A stretch of DNA of 64,000 nt, from contig NZ_PVZV01000009.1 in NCBI RefSeq assembly GCF_002995495.1, forward strand, positions 106,888 to 170,887. Reading direction: 5' to 3'. The notes under the pieces are model-generated. The model was given only the letters and a program-made list of their open reading frames with translations, did not search any database and was not told the origin of the DNA. Origin of the DNA: Actinocorallia populi. Its GTDB lineage: Bacteria; Actinomycetota; Actinomycetes; Streptosporangiales; Streptosporangiaceae. Position numbers and translations under genes: made by a program. Shown here one piece after another: positions 55,584 through 64,000 of the stretch (position 1 is the first letter of the stretch; every line of letters starts with the position of its first letter).

Positions 55584-56744
55584 TCAGACCCCGAAGAGGC
55601 GGAGCACGGTGAAGACCAGCGCCGCCATCAGGCCGGCGGCCGGCAGCGTCAGCACCCACGCCATGAGGATGTTGCCCGCCACCCCCCAGCGCACCGCCGA
55701 CAACCGCTTGGTCGCGCCCACGCCCATGATCGCCGAGGAGATCACGTGAGTGGTGGAGATCGGCGCGTGGAACCCGATGGCCGCGATGTAGAGGATGGAC
55801 GAGGCGGTGGCCTCGGCCGCGAAGCCCTTCGGCGGGTCGAGTTCGATCACCTTGCGGCCCAGCGTGCGCATGATGCGCCAGCCGCCCGCGTAGGTGCCCA
55901 GCGACAGCGCCGAGGCGCTGACGAAGATCACCCAGGTCGGCACGTGGTCGGCGTGCGCCTGGTGCCCGGTGGAGACCAGCGCCAGCACGATCACGCCCAT
56001 GGTCTTCTGCGCGTCCTGCAGGCCGTGCCCGAACGCCATGGCGGCGGCCGAGAGGGACTGCGCGATGCGGAAGCCGCGGCTGACCCGGGCGGGCTTGGCC
56101 CGCCGGAACAGCCACAGGATGATCACCATGAAGAGGTAGCCCAGCGCGAAGCCCGCGAAGGGGGAGACGATCATCGGGATGACGACCTTCTCCAGCACCC
56201 TGTCCCAGCCGACCGTGGTCGCCGCCGCCACGCCCGCGCCGACCAGCCCGCCGATCAGCGCGTGGGACGAGGAGGAGGGCAGCCCGAACCACCAGGTGAT
56301 GAGGTTCCAGATGATCGCGCCGGCCAGCGCCGCGAACACCACGCCCAGGCCGTTGAGCCCCTCCAGGTCCGGCAGGATGTCGGCGATCGTCTTGGCGACC
56401 CCCACCCCGACGAACGCGCCGAGCAGGTTCATGACCGCGGCCATCAGCAGCGCCGCCCGCGGTGTCAGCGCCCGGGTGGACACCGAGGTGGCGATGGCGT
56501 TGGCCGCGTCGTGGAAGCCGTTGGTGTAGTCGAAGCCGAGCGCGATCCCGACCACGGCCACCAGGGCGAAGGTCTCCACGGAGGGGCCCAGCACCCAGAT
56601 GGTGACGATGCCGGCGATCAGCGCGATCACCCCGCCGCCCGCCGAGACGTAGGTGCTCAGCCGGTTCTGCTTCTGCTGCGGCCGGTCCAGGTCGCGCTTG
56701 ACCTGCACCGCCTCGATCAGCTTCTGCGGATCCTCCGCGGTCAT
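55584..56744 (-). CDS. pitA: Low-affinity inorganic phosphate transporter (PiT family)
   Basis: 386 aa with PHO4-family repeats (…GFDYTNGFHDAANAIATSV…, …GFHAPISTTHVISSAIMGVG…). Confidence 0.85.
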   Translation of the reverse strand: MTAEDPQKLIEAVQVKRDLDRPQQKQNRLSTYVSAGGGVIALIAGIVTIWVLGPSVETFALVAVVGIALGFDYTNGFHDAANAIATSVSTRALTPRAALLMAAVMNLLGAFVGVGVAKTIADILPDLEGLNGLGVVFAALAGAIIWNLITWWFGLPSSSSHALIGGLVGAGVAAATTVGWDRVLEKVVIPMIVSPFAGFALGYLFMVIILWLFRRAKPARVSRGFRIAQSLSAAAMAFGHGLQDAQKTMGVIVLALVSTGHQAHADHVPTWVIFVSASALSLGTYAGGWRIMRTLGRKVIELDPPKGFAAEATASSILYIAAIGFHAPISTTHVISSAIMGVGATKRLSAVRWGVAGNILMAWVLTLPAAGLMAALVFTVLRLFGV

Positions 56745-57358
56745 GATTCCTTGACCGCGATGGTCTCGACGGTGTTGGCGACCTGCTCGAAAGCGTCGGC
56801 CGCGTCCTCCAGGCGGTCGATGACCTCCTTGAGCTTCATCACCTCCAGCGGCTCGTACTCACCGCCGAAGAGATGGGCCAGCAGCTTGCGGTAGATCCGG
56901 TCGCCCTGGTTCTCCAGCCGGTTGATCTCGATCCAGTACTCGTTGAGCTCGCGCATCGCCTTGAGCCGGGGCATCGCCTCGGCGGTCAGCTCGGCGGCAC
57001 GTTCCAGGATCTCGACCTGCCGGACGACGTCCGGCGGCAACGTCTTGATCTTGTAGAGGACGACCAGCTCGGCGGCCTCCTCCATGTAGTCCATGACGTC
57101 GTCGAGGCGGGATGCCAGGTCGTAGATGTCCTCCCGGTCGAATGGAGTGATGAAGCTCTCGTTGAGCCGGTGCATGATCGCATGGGTGCACTCGTCGCCC
57201 GCGTGTTCGCAGGCGCGCATCTTCTCCGCGATGGCCTCTCGATCTGAACCGTCGCTGATGAGCTCCACGAGCAGCTGGGCTCCGGTGACGATGTTGTTCG
57301 CCGAATCGGCGAACAAGTCGTAGAAGCCGTCTTCACGCGGTGTGAGACGCAATCGCAC
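56741..57358 (-). CDS. DUF47-family (PhoU-like) Pit accessory protein
   Basis: 205 aa helical protein (…DREDIYDLASRLDDVMDYMEEAA…). Overlaps the pitA start by 4 nt; the usual pit partner. Confidence 0.8.
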   Translation of the reverse strand: MRLRLTPREDGFYDLFADSANNIVTGAQLLVELISDGSDREAIAEKMRACEHAGDECTHAIMHRLNESFITPFDREDIYDLASRLDDVMDYMEEAAELVVLYKIKTLPPDVVRQVEILERAAELTAEAMPRLKAMRELNEYWIEINRLENQGDRIYRKLLAHLFGGEYEPLEVMKLKEVIDRLEDAADAFEQVANTVETIAVKES

Positions 57359-57522
57359 GTTTCTCTCCTAGTGCGGGAACTATCCGCAGCGATCGTAGGT
57401 GCAGTTCACCCGTATGACGAACTTTCACCTGAGTTTTTCCGGCGAGTCATCACCCACACTTCTGATGGTTACCGGCGATCTACTCGTATACACCCCGCGC
57501 GTCCGGGGAGTCCCGCGGCCAC

Positions 57523-57560
57523 GCGCAGGGCCCCCCACCGGCCGGTGGGGGGCCCTGCGC
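57523..57560. terminator. Perfect 38-nt palindrome downstream of pstB
   Basis: GCGCAGGGCCCCCCACCGGCCGGTGGGGGGCCCTGCGC. Lies 44 nt after the pstB stop on the minus strand and upstream of the DUF47-pitA operon start. Confidence 0.55.
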
Positions 57561-57603
57561 GAGCTCCGGAGGTCCGGGGGCGGCGGCCCCCGGACCGGCG
57601 GGT

Positions 57604-58380
57604 TCAGCCGAAACGGCCGGTGATGTAGTCCTCAGTGGCCTTCTCCGTGGGGTTGGTGAAGATCTTCGAGGTCTCGTCCAGTTCGATGAGCTTGCCCGGC
57701 TTGCCGGTGCCCGCGATGTTGAAGAAGGCGGTGCGGTCGGAGACGCGGGCCGCCTGCTGCATGTTGTGGGTCACGATGACGATCGTGTACTGCGACTTGA
57801 GCTGGGCGATGAGGTCCTCGATCGCCAGGGTGGAGATGGGGTCGAGCGCCGAGCAGGGCTCGTCCATCAGCAGCACCTGCGGCTGGACCGCGATGGCCCG
57901 CGCGATGCACAGCCGCTGCTGCTGCCCGCCCGACAGGCCCGCTCCGGGCTTGTCCAGCCGGTCCTTGACCTCGTTCCACAGGTTGGCGCCCTTCAGCGAG
58001 TTCTCGACGATGCCGTCGAGCTCGTTCTTGCGCTTGACCCCGTTGAGCTTCAGGCCCGCCGCCACGTTGTCGTAGATGGACATCGTGGGGAACGGGTTGG
58101 GCCGCTGGAAGACCATGCCGACGACGCGGCGGACGGCGACCGGGTCGATCCTCTCGCCGTAGAGGTCCTGCTGGTCGAGCATGACCCTGCCCTCGACCCG
58201 GGCGCCGGGGATGACCTCGTGCATGCGGTTGAGCGTGCGCAGGAACGTCGACTTGCCGCAGCCGGACGGGCCGATGAAGGCGGTGACCGAGCGGGGCTCG
58301 ATCGTCATGGAGACGTTCTCGACGGCCAGGAAGCCGCCGTAGTAGGCGTTGAGGCCCGAGACCTCGATCCGCTTCGCCAT
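57604..58380 (-). CDS. pstB: Phosphate ABC transporter ATP-binding protein
   Basis: [15 protein letters not shown]…, Walker [10 protein letters not shown], signature [14 protein letters not shown]. The internal ATG at 58380 is chosen. Confidence 0.9.
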   Translation of the reverse strand: MAKRIEVSGLNAYYGGFLAVENVSMTIEPRSVTAFIGPSGCGKSTFLRTLNRMHEVIPGARVEGRVMLDQQDLYGERIDPVAVRRVVGMVFQRPNPFPTMSIYDNVAAGLKLNGVKRKNELDGIVENSLKGANLWNEVKDRLDKPGAGLSGGQQQRLCIARAIAVQPQVLLMDEPCSALDPISTLAIEDLIAQLKSQYTIVIVTHNMQQAARVSDRTAFFNIAGTGKPGKLIELDETSKIFTNPTEKATEDYITGRFG

Positions 58381-58400
58381 GCTGTTGCTCCGTTCCTTCT

Positions 58401-59309
58401 CTACCGGATCGAGGTCCTGCGGGCCAGGAGCCTGGCGCCGAAGTTGAGGACCATGATGATGAAGATGAGGGCCAGCGCCGCGCCCCACGCGCGGTCGACG
58501 GCCACCTGGTTGGGGTCGCCCGCCTGCTCCCAGATGTAGGTGGGCAGCGAGGACTGGGCGCCGTCGAACGGGTTGAAGTTGATCACCTTGGTGACCCAGA
58601 TGGTCAGCAGCAGGGGGGCGGTCTCGCCCATGACCCGGGCGACGGCCAGCATGATGCCGGTGATGATGCCGGTGAACGCGGTCGGCAGCACCACCCTGGT
58701 GATGGTGCGCCAGCGCGGGACGCCCAGCGCGTAGGAGGCCTCGCGCAGGTCGTTGGGCACCAGCTTGAGCATCTCCTCGGCCGAGCGCACCACCGTCGGG
58801 ATCATCAGGACGGCCAGGGCCAGCGCGCCGGCGAAGCCGGAGACCTCGAAGCCCAGCACCAGGATCCAGAAGGCCAGGACGAACAGGCCGGCCACGATGG
58901 ACGGGATGCCCGTCATGACGTCGACGAAGAAGCTGATGACCTTCGACAGCCGGTTGCCCTGGCCGTACTCCACCAGGTAGACGGCGGTGAGCACCGCGAC
59001 CGGGATGGAGATGGCGCTGGCCAGCGCCACCTGCTCCAGGGTGCCGATCATCGCGTGGTAGATGCCGCCGCCGGCGTCCCGCCCGCCGATGCCGTTCATC
59101 GACCTGAGGAAGAAGTCGGCGCTGAGGACCTGCACGCCCTCGGAGATGATCTTGTACAGCACGCTCGCCAGCGGGATGACCGCCAGCGCGAAGGCGACGT
59201 AGACCGCGACGAGGACGATGTTGTCCTTGAGCCTGCGCATGCCCGAGGTGGCGGGGATGGCCTGGCCGCCGGGCAGGCCGCGCTTCGGGCTCAGGGTGGG
59301 GGCGCTCAC
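58401..59309 (-). CDS. pstA: Phosphate ABC transporter permease PstA
   Basis: 6-TM permease carrying the EAA-like motif. Sits between pstC and pstB. Confidence 0.9.
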   Translation of the reverse strand: MSAPTLSPKRGLPGGQAIPATSGMRRLKDNIVLVAVYVAFALAVIPLASVLYKIISEGVQVLSADFFLRSMNGIGGRDAGGGIYHAMIGTLEQVALASAISIPVAVLTAVYLVEYGQGNRLSKVISFFVDVMTGIPSIVAGLFVLAFWILVLGFEVSGFAGALALAVLMIPTVVRSAEEMLKLVPNDLREASYALGVPRWRTITRVVLPTAFTGIITGIMLAVARVMGETAPLLLTIWVTKVINFNPFDGAQSSLPTYIWEQAGDPNQVAVDRAWGAALALIFIIMVLNFGARLLARRTSIR

Positions 59310-60283
59310 ACGAACTCCTTACGGCGCGCCACGATGGCCCGGGCCGCCATGTTGACCACCATCGTGATGACGAACAGCACCAGGCCCGAGGCGATGAGGG
59401 CGCTGCGGCCGATCTCCCCGGACTCCCCGAAGGTGCGGACGATGTTGGCGGCGAACGTGTTGCCGCCGGGCTCCAGGAGGTGCCAGTTGATGCCGGCCAC
59501 CGTGGACAGCACCAGGGCGATCGCGACGGTCTCGCCCAGGGCGCGGCCGAGGCCGAGCATCATCGCGCTGATCATGCCGGACCGGCCGTAGGGCAGCACC
59601 GACAGCCGGATGGTCTCCCAGCGGGTGGCGCCCAGCGCCTGCGCCGCCTCGATGTGGGCGGTCGGCACCTGGAGGAAGACCTCGCGGGTGATGGACGAGA
59701 TGATCGGAAGGATCATGATGGCCAGCACCACCGAGCCGATGAAGATCGACTGGCCGCCGACGCTGTCGCCCGCGAACAGCGGGATCCAGCCCAGCACGCC
59801 GTTGAGGAACTCCACCACGCCCTGGGAGTTGGTGACCAGGAAGTGCAGGCCCCACAGGCCGTAGATGATGCTCGGCACCGCGGCCAGCAGATCCACGACG
59901 AAGCCCAGGCCCTCGGCGAGCCTGCGCGGCGCGTAGAAGCCGATGAACAGCGCGATGCCGATCGCGACCGGCGTCGCCATGATCAGTGCCATGGCCGCCG
60001 ACATGACGGTGCCGAAGGCCAGCTGCGCCACGCCGAAGCGCGGCGGGTCGCCGTTGGCGTTCCACTCGGTGGCGGTGAAGAAGTTCGCCTCGTTCTCCTG
60101 GAGGGCCGGAATCGCCTTCCAGACGAGGAACGCGGCGATCGCCGCCATGATCACCAGAACGAACACCCCGGAGCCCAGCGCCGCGCTGCGGAAGATCCGG
60201 TCGCCCCGCCGACCGGTACTCATCGCACGCCTCTGCCGCTGCGCCCCGACGGCCCGTGTCCGGACGTCGTCGATGCTGGTCAC
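59306..60283 (-). CDS. pstC: Phosphate ABC transporter permease PstC
   Basis: 6-TM permease that overlaps pstA by 4 nt. Confidence 0.9.
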   Translation of the reverse strand: MTSIDDVRTRAVGAQRQRRAMSTGRRGDRIFRSAALGSGVFVLVIMAAIAAFLVWKAIPALQENEANFFTATEWNANGDPPRFGVAQLAFGTVMSAAMALIMATPVAIGIALFIGFYAPRRLAEGLGFVVDLLAAVPSIIYGLWGLHFLVTNSQGVVEFLNGVLGWIPLFAGDSVGGQSIFIGSVVLAIMILPIISSITREVFLQVPTAHIEAAQALGATRWETIRLSVLPYGRSGMISAMMLGLGRALGETVAIALVLSTVAGINWHLLEPGGNTFAANIVRTFGESGEIGRSALIASGLVLFVITMVVNMAARAIVARRKEFV

Positions 60284-60397
60284 CCCAGCCCCTCCCTCGG
60301 GTTCTCGTGTATCGGGCCCGGAACCGGGCGTGGCCCCGCCGTCCGCTCGGACGACGGGGCTGTGGTGGTGCTCGCCGTTCAGGATCTCGCTCGGTTC

Positions 60398-61501
60398 TTA
60401 CTTGACCTGGATGGCGTCCACGGAGGCGCGGACCTTGGTGGCGACGTCCTCGGGCAGCGGCGCGTAACCCAGGCCCGCGATGGCCTGCTGGCCCTGCGCG
60501 GAGGCGGTGTAGGACAGGAAGGCCTTGACGAACTTGCCCTCGGCGCCGGTCATGCCGGTCTCGCAGGCGATCTCGTAGGTCACCAGGACGATCGGGTAGG
60601 CGCCCGGGGTCTTGGTGTTGTAGTCGATCTCCATGGCGAGGTCGTTGCCGGTGCCGACGACCTTGGCGCCCGAGAGCGTCTTGGACGCGGTGTCGGTGGT
60701 CAGCTCGGTGTACTCGCCCGCGCCGTTCTGGATCTTGGCGGTGGACAGCCCGGCGTTCTCGGCGTAGGACATCTCGACGTAGCCGATGGAGCCCTTGGAC
60801 TGCTTGACCAGGGTGGTCACGCCGTCGGACTTGGTGCCGCCCTGGCCGCCGGGGGCGGTCCACAGCTTGCCGCCCTCGAACTTCCAGACGTCGGGGGCCA
60901 CCGCGGCGAGGTAGGTGGTGAAGTTGTCGGTGGTGCCGGACTCGTCGGCGCGGTGCACCGTGGTGATCTTGTCGCCGGGCAGCGTGGCGCCGGGGTTGTC
61001 CTTCTTGATGTCCGCGTGGTCCCAGGTGGTGATCTCGTTGGCGAAGATCTTGGCCAGGGTGGTGGGGGACAGCTGCAGGCCGTCCACGCCGTCCAGGTTG
61101 TAGGCGACCGCGACCGGGCCGACGACCATCGGCAGGTTCAGCGCGTTGCCGCCGGTGCACCGGGTCTTGGCCGCGGCGGCCTCCTCCTCGTCCAGCGCGG
61201 AGTCCGAGCCCGCGAAGACGGCCTGGCCGGAGTTGAAGGCCTCGATGCCGGCGCCCGAGCCGCTGGGGTTGTAGTTCAAGGTCGCACCGGCGCAGTTCGC
61301 GGTGTAGTTCTTGATCCACTCGTCCATCGCGTTCTTCTGCGCGCTGGAGCCCGCGGCGTTGACGGTCGCCTCGACGCAGTCCCCGGCGTTCGCGGGGGCG
61401 GCGGTACCGTCGGTGTTGTCGTCCGAGCCGCAAGCAGACAGCGTGAGGGCGCCTGCGAGGATGACGCCGCCCAGGGCGGACAACCGGATGCCGTTCTTCA
61501 C
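60398..61501 (-). CDS. pstS: Phosphate-binding lipoprotein PstS
   Basis: Lipobox LTLSACGS, then a periplasmic binding fold (…GSGAGIEAF…, …GSIGYVEMSYA…). Confidence 0.9.
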   Translation of the reverse strand: MKNGIRLSALGGVILAGALTLSACGSDDNTDGTAAPANAGDCVEATVNAAGSSAQKNAMDEWIKNYTANCAGATLNYNPSGSGAGIEAFNSGQAVFAGSDSALDEEEAAAAKTRCTGGNALNLPMVVGPVAVAYNLDGVDGLQLSPTTLAKIFANEITTWDHADIKKDNPGATLPGDKITTVHRADESGTTDNFTTYLAAVAPDVWKFEGGKLWTAPGGQGGTKSDGVTTLVKQSKGSIGYVEMSYAENAGLSTAKIQNGAGEYTELTTDTASKTLSGAKVVGTGNDLAMEIDYNTKTPGAYPIVLVTYEIACETGMTGAEGKFVKAFLSYTASAQGQQAIAGLGYAPLPEDVATKVRASVDAIQVK

Positions 61502-61585
61502 GGGGTGTTCCTCCTGATCAGTGCGGTGTACCCCGTGTCAGGTCAGGGAGGTGGGGACACCGTCTGCATCCGAAGGTAGAAAGCC

Positions 61586-61632
61586 CAGGTGAACGGCTCG
61601 GAGCGGTCCAGGTGAACGGGCGGTGAACACCG
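61586..61632 (-). promoter_or_regulatory. PHO-box-like direct repeats (GTTCACC units) upstream of pstS
   Basis: On the minus strand there are GTTCACC units at 61628-61622, 61617-61611 and 61594-61588, with 11-nt and about 22-nt spacing, 87-130 nt upstream of the pstS start. A further unit sits at 61683-61677. Confidence 0.5.
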
Positions 61633-61701
61633 CCGGTCGGACCACCGAAGAACACGTCGACAAGGCGTGGCCATCAGGTGAACGAGGTCACATCCGGCCC
61701 C

Positions 61702-62544
61702 TCAGGGACGGCCGTACATCACGTCCGCCCGGTAGCGGGTGAAGCCGAGGGACTCGTACAGGCGGACGGCCGAGGTGTTGCCGGCGTCGACGTAGAGGAG
61801 GACGGCCTTGAGGTTCAGCGACTGCAGGTGGTGCAGGCCCGCCAGGGTCAGGGCGCGGCCGAGGCCGACGCCCTGGGCGGAGGGGTCGACGCCCACGACG
61901 TAGACCTCGCCGAGGCCGTCGGGGTGGACCTTGGTCCAGTGGAAGCCGACCACGCGGTCGCCCTTGCAGGCCAGGAAGAAGCCCTTGGGGTCGAACCAGG
62001 GCTCGGCCATGCGCTGGCGCAGGTCCTCCATCGTCCACTGGCCCTGCTCGGGGTGGTCGGCGAAGGACAGGCCGTTGATGCGCAGCCACGCCTCGGCGTC
62101 CTTCGGCTCGAAGGTGCGCAGCGTGAAGCCGGCGTGGATGCGCTGGACGGGCAGCCGCCCGTCCAGGGGGCGGCGCATCTGCAGGAGGGTGCGCACCGGG
62201 GCGAGCCCCAGGCCCGCGGCGAGCGGCGCGGCTCCCGGCAGGTCGCCGTGCGCCCAGATCCGCACCCGCTCGTTCCCGGCGAGCAGGTCGGAGACCAGGG
62301 CCCCGCCCACCCCCCGGCGGCGGAAGTCCGGATCGACCACGACCTCCGCGGACTCCCCGTCGGTGTAGGCGTAGCCCGCCAGCCGCCCGGTGTCGTAGCG
62401 GAGATGGTGCTCACCCCCGCCGTGCCTGACGTCGAGCAGCGTCTGCTCGGAGAGCGGGGCCACCCCGTCGGCCTCGGTGGCCCGGGAGGCCAGGTCGAGA
62501 ACGGCGGATGACTCTTCGGGGGACAACTCGTGCACTGCGGCCAT
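61702..62544 (-). CDS. mshD: Mycothiol synthase (tandem GNAT acetyltransferase)
   Basis: Two GNAT modules (…RRRGVGGALV…, …QGVGLGRALT…). The ATG at 62544 (MAAVHELSPEE) is chosen. Confidence 0.8.
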   Translation of the reverse strand: MAAVHELSPEESSAVLDLASRATEADGVAPLSEQTLLDVRHGGGEHHLRYDTGRLAGYAYTDGESAEVVVDPDFRRRGVGGALVSDLLAGNERVRIWAHGDLPGAAPLAAGLGLAPVRTLLQMRRPLDGRLPVQRIHAGFTLRTFEPKDAEAWLRINGLSFADHPEQGQWTMEDLRQRMAEPWFDPKGFFLACKGDRVVGFHWTKVHPDGLGEVYVVGVDPSAQGVGLGRALTLAGLHHLQSLNLKAVLLYVDAGNTSAVRLYESLGFTRYRADVMYGRP

Positions 62545-62704
62545 AGATCCCCAGCTTATGCCGCCGGTCAACGGTAGGCGATCACAAGATGGGGGAGATC
62601 GTGAGGAAGAAGTTCTCACCTATCTCCAAGTGACACCCGCGATCACCGGTCCGCAGGGGCCCGGTCGCACCCTCCCGCCCCATCGACCCGTCAAGGACCG
62701 TGCA

Positions 62705-64000
62705 ATGCCGCGTGAAACCGCCAAGGCCGCGCTCGCCGGCGCGCTGACCACCGCGATGCTCGCGGTGGCGGCCCAGGGAGTGACCGCCGCACCTCCGGAC
62801 CGGGGGAAGAGCGTTCCCGTCCGCCTGCTCGCCCTCAACGACTTCCACGGCAACCTCGAACCGCCCGCCGGGTCGTCCGGCCGGATGGTCGACGAGAACG
62901 GCGCCACGGTGGAGGCGGGCGGAGCCGCCTACATCGCCGCCTGGATGAAGCGGATGACCGACCGCAACACCCTCAAGGTCGCCCAGGGCGACCTGATCGG
63001 CGCGACCCCGCTGATCTCGGCGGCCTACCACGACGAGCCCAGCGTCGAGTTCCTCGGCGACCTCGGGATCACCGCGTCCGCGGTGGGCAACCACGAGTTC
63101 GACGAGGGCTACGGCGAACTGAAGCGCATCATGAAGGGCGGCTCGCACCCCGTCGACGGCGCCTCCCCGGCAGGACCCTGGAAGGGGGCGGAGTTCACCT
63201 ACCTGGGCGCGAACGTGCTGCTGGAGGACGCCGGGAAGCTGCCGGACCTGCCCGGCAACGAGATCCTGCGCCGGATCCCGCGCAAGCGGCTCGACGCGAT
63301 GCTGCGCAGCCACGGGGTCCCGGCGGTGCCGCCGGTCGCGGTGCGGAAGGTCAACGGGCAGAAGATCGGCTTCATCGGCGCGGTGACCGAGAGCACCCCG
63401 GCGATCGTGACCGCCGCGGGCATCGAGGGCCTGCGGTTCGAGAGGGTCGTGAAGTCCGCGAGGTTCGGTTCGCGCCTGCTGAAGATGCTGGGCGTGGAGG
63501 CCCAGGTCCTGCTGGTGCACGAGGGCGACAACGTCACCGCGGGCCGCTCCCCGGACGCCTGCAGCACCGCCGGGGACCCCGGCGGCGGCGCCGGGGCGGG
63601 CACCGAGATCGCCACGAAGGTGGACGCGGAGATCGACCTCGTGCTGTCCGGGCACTCCCACCAGGCCTACGTCTGCGAGGTCGAGGACCCCGAGGACGGC
63701 ACCCGCGTCTACAGCCAGGGCGGTTCGTTCGGGCGCGTCATCTCCAAGGTGGATCTGCGGATCGACGAACGCTCCAAGGACGTGGTGCGCTCCTCGGTGA
63801 AGGTCGACAACCGGATCGTCACCCGCGACATCGAGCCGGACGCCGAGACCGCGCGGTTCGTCCGGACCTGGAAGGACCGGGTGGCCGAGGTCGCCGACCG
63901 CAAGGTGGGCGAGATCACCGCGGACCTGACCCGGACCGCGTCCCGGTCCGGGGAGAGCGCGCTGGGCGACCTGATCGCCGACGCGCAGCTCGCGGCGACC
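62705..64000 (+). CDS. Secreted bifunctional metallophosphatase/5'-nucleotidase (UshA-like), 3'-truncated by the window edge
   Basis: MPRETAKAALAGALTTAMLAVAAQGVTA signal, then motifs LLALNDFHGNLE and VGNHEFDEG (calcineurin-like), then a 5'-nucleotidase C-terminal region. It runs past 64000. It is absent from the ORF track, which lists only antisense and short ORFs here. Confidence 0.75.
   Translation, partial: MPRETAKAALAGALTTAMLAVAAQGVTAAPPDRGKSVPVRLLALNDFHGNLEPPAGSSGRMVDENGATVEAGGAAYIAAWMKRMTDRNTLKVAQGDLIGATPLISAAYHDEPSVEFLGDLGITASAVGNHEFDEGYGELKRIMKGGSHPVDGASPAGPWKGAEFTYLGANVLLEDAGKLPDLPGNEILRRIPRKRLDAMLRSHGVPAVPPVAVRKVNGQKIGFIGAVTESTPAIVTAAGIEGLRFERVVKSARFGSRLLKMLGVEAQVLLVHEGDNVTAGRSPDACSTAGDPGGGAGAGTEIATKVDAEIDLVLSGHSHQAYVCEVEDPEDGTRVYSQGGSFGRVISKVDLRIDERSKDVVRSSVKVDNRIVTRDIEPDAETARFVRTWKDRVAEVADRKVGEITADLTRTASRSGESALGDLIADAQLAAT

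Noticed and set aside
53361-56292. 610-aa and 376-aa minus ORFs and the 441-aa plus ORF 55569..56894
   Set aside because: Antisense to the giant ATPase, or in the alternate frame or strand of pitA. The pitA frame has PHO4-family motifs.
59319-61579. 704-aa minus ORF and 699-aa plus ORF spanning pstC and pstS
   Set aside because: Alternate-frame and antisense artefacts. The pstS, pstC and pstA frames are unambiguous.
62582-63918. Minus-strand ORFs (62582..63661, 63199..63615, 63709..63918) over the right end of the window
   Set aside because: Antisense to the plus-strand 5'-nucleotidase gene, which has a signal peptide and metallophosphatase motifs.

Overview
High-GC (about 70%) actinobacterial chromosomal segment; the mycothiol synthase gene and an actinobacterial-type dapD/dapE pair support this placement. 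The left end (1-9440) looks like a decayed genomic island inserted next to a tRNA-Glu gene. It carries an N-terminally truncated tyrosine integrase, a lower-GC core (about 4.6-7.7 kb) with a tripartite MacAB-like ABC exporter, a divergently transcribed small Cys-rich secreted protein and three hypothetical envelope proteins, and frameshifted IS3-family and IS1380-like transposase remnants beside the tRNA. The remainder is core genome, notably rich in phosphate-scavenging genes: two tandem PhoD paralogs, PhoX, PitA with its DUF47 partner, pstSCAB with GTTCACC direct repeats upstream of pstS, and a 5'-nucleotidase. Other recognisable genes include dapD/dapE, arfB, mshD, acyl-CoA dehydrogenase, SDR/enoyl-CoA hydratase, an ABC-F ATPase, two two-component systems and a NACHT NTPase. 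The loci most worth follow-up are: (i) a translationally coupled YqiJ/NfeD-like - flotillin - giant (1586 aa) coiled-coil + MoxR-like AAA ATPase operon; (ii) a 1408-aa protein with tandem CbxX-type AAA modules, a Pro/Gln-rich linker and an internal 18-aa repeat array, preceded by three about 68-bp tandem DNA repeats; (iii) a NACHT NTPase carrying a partial FGE/SUMF1-like domain; and (iv) several intergenic tandem repeat arrays, one derived from the 3' end of arfB. Many long ORFs in the six-frame track are antisense or alternate-frame artefacts of high GC content and were rejected. No CRISPR arrays or rRNA genes were seen.
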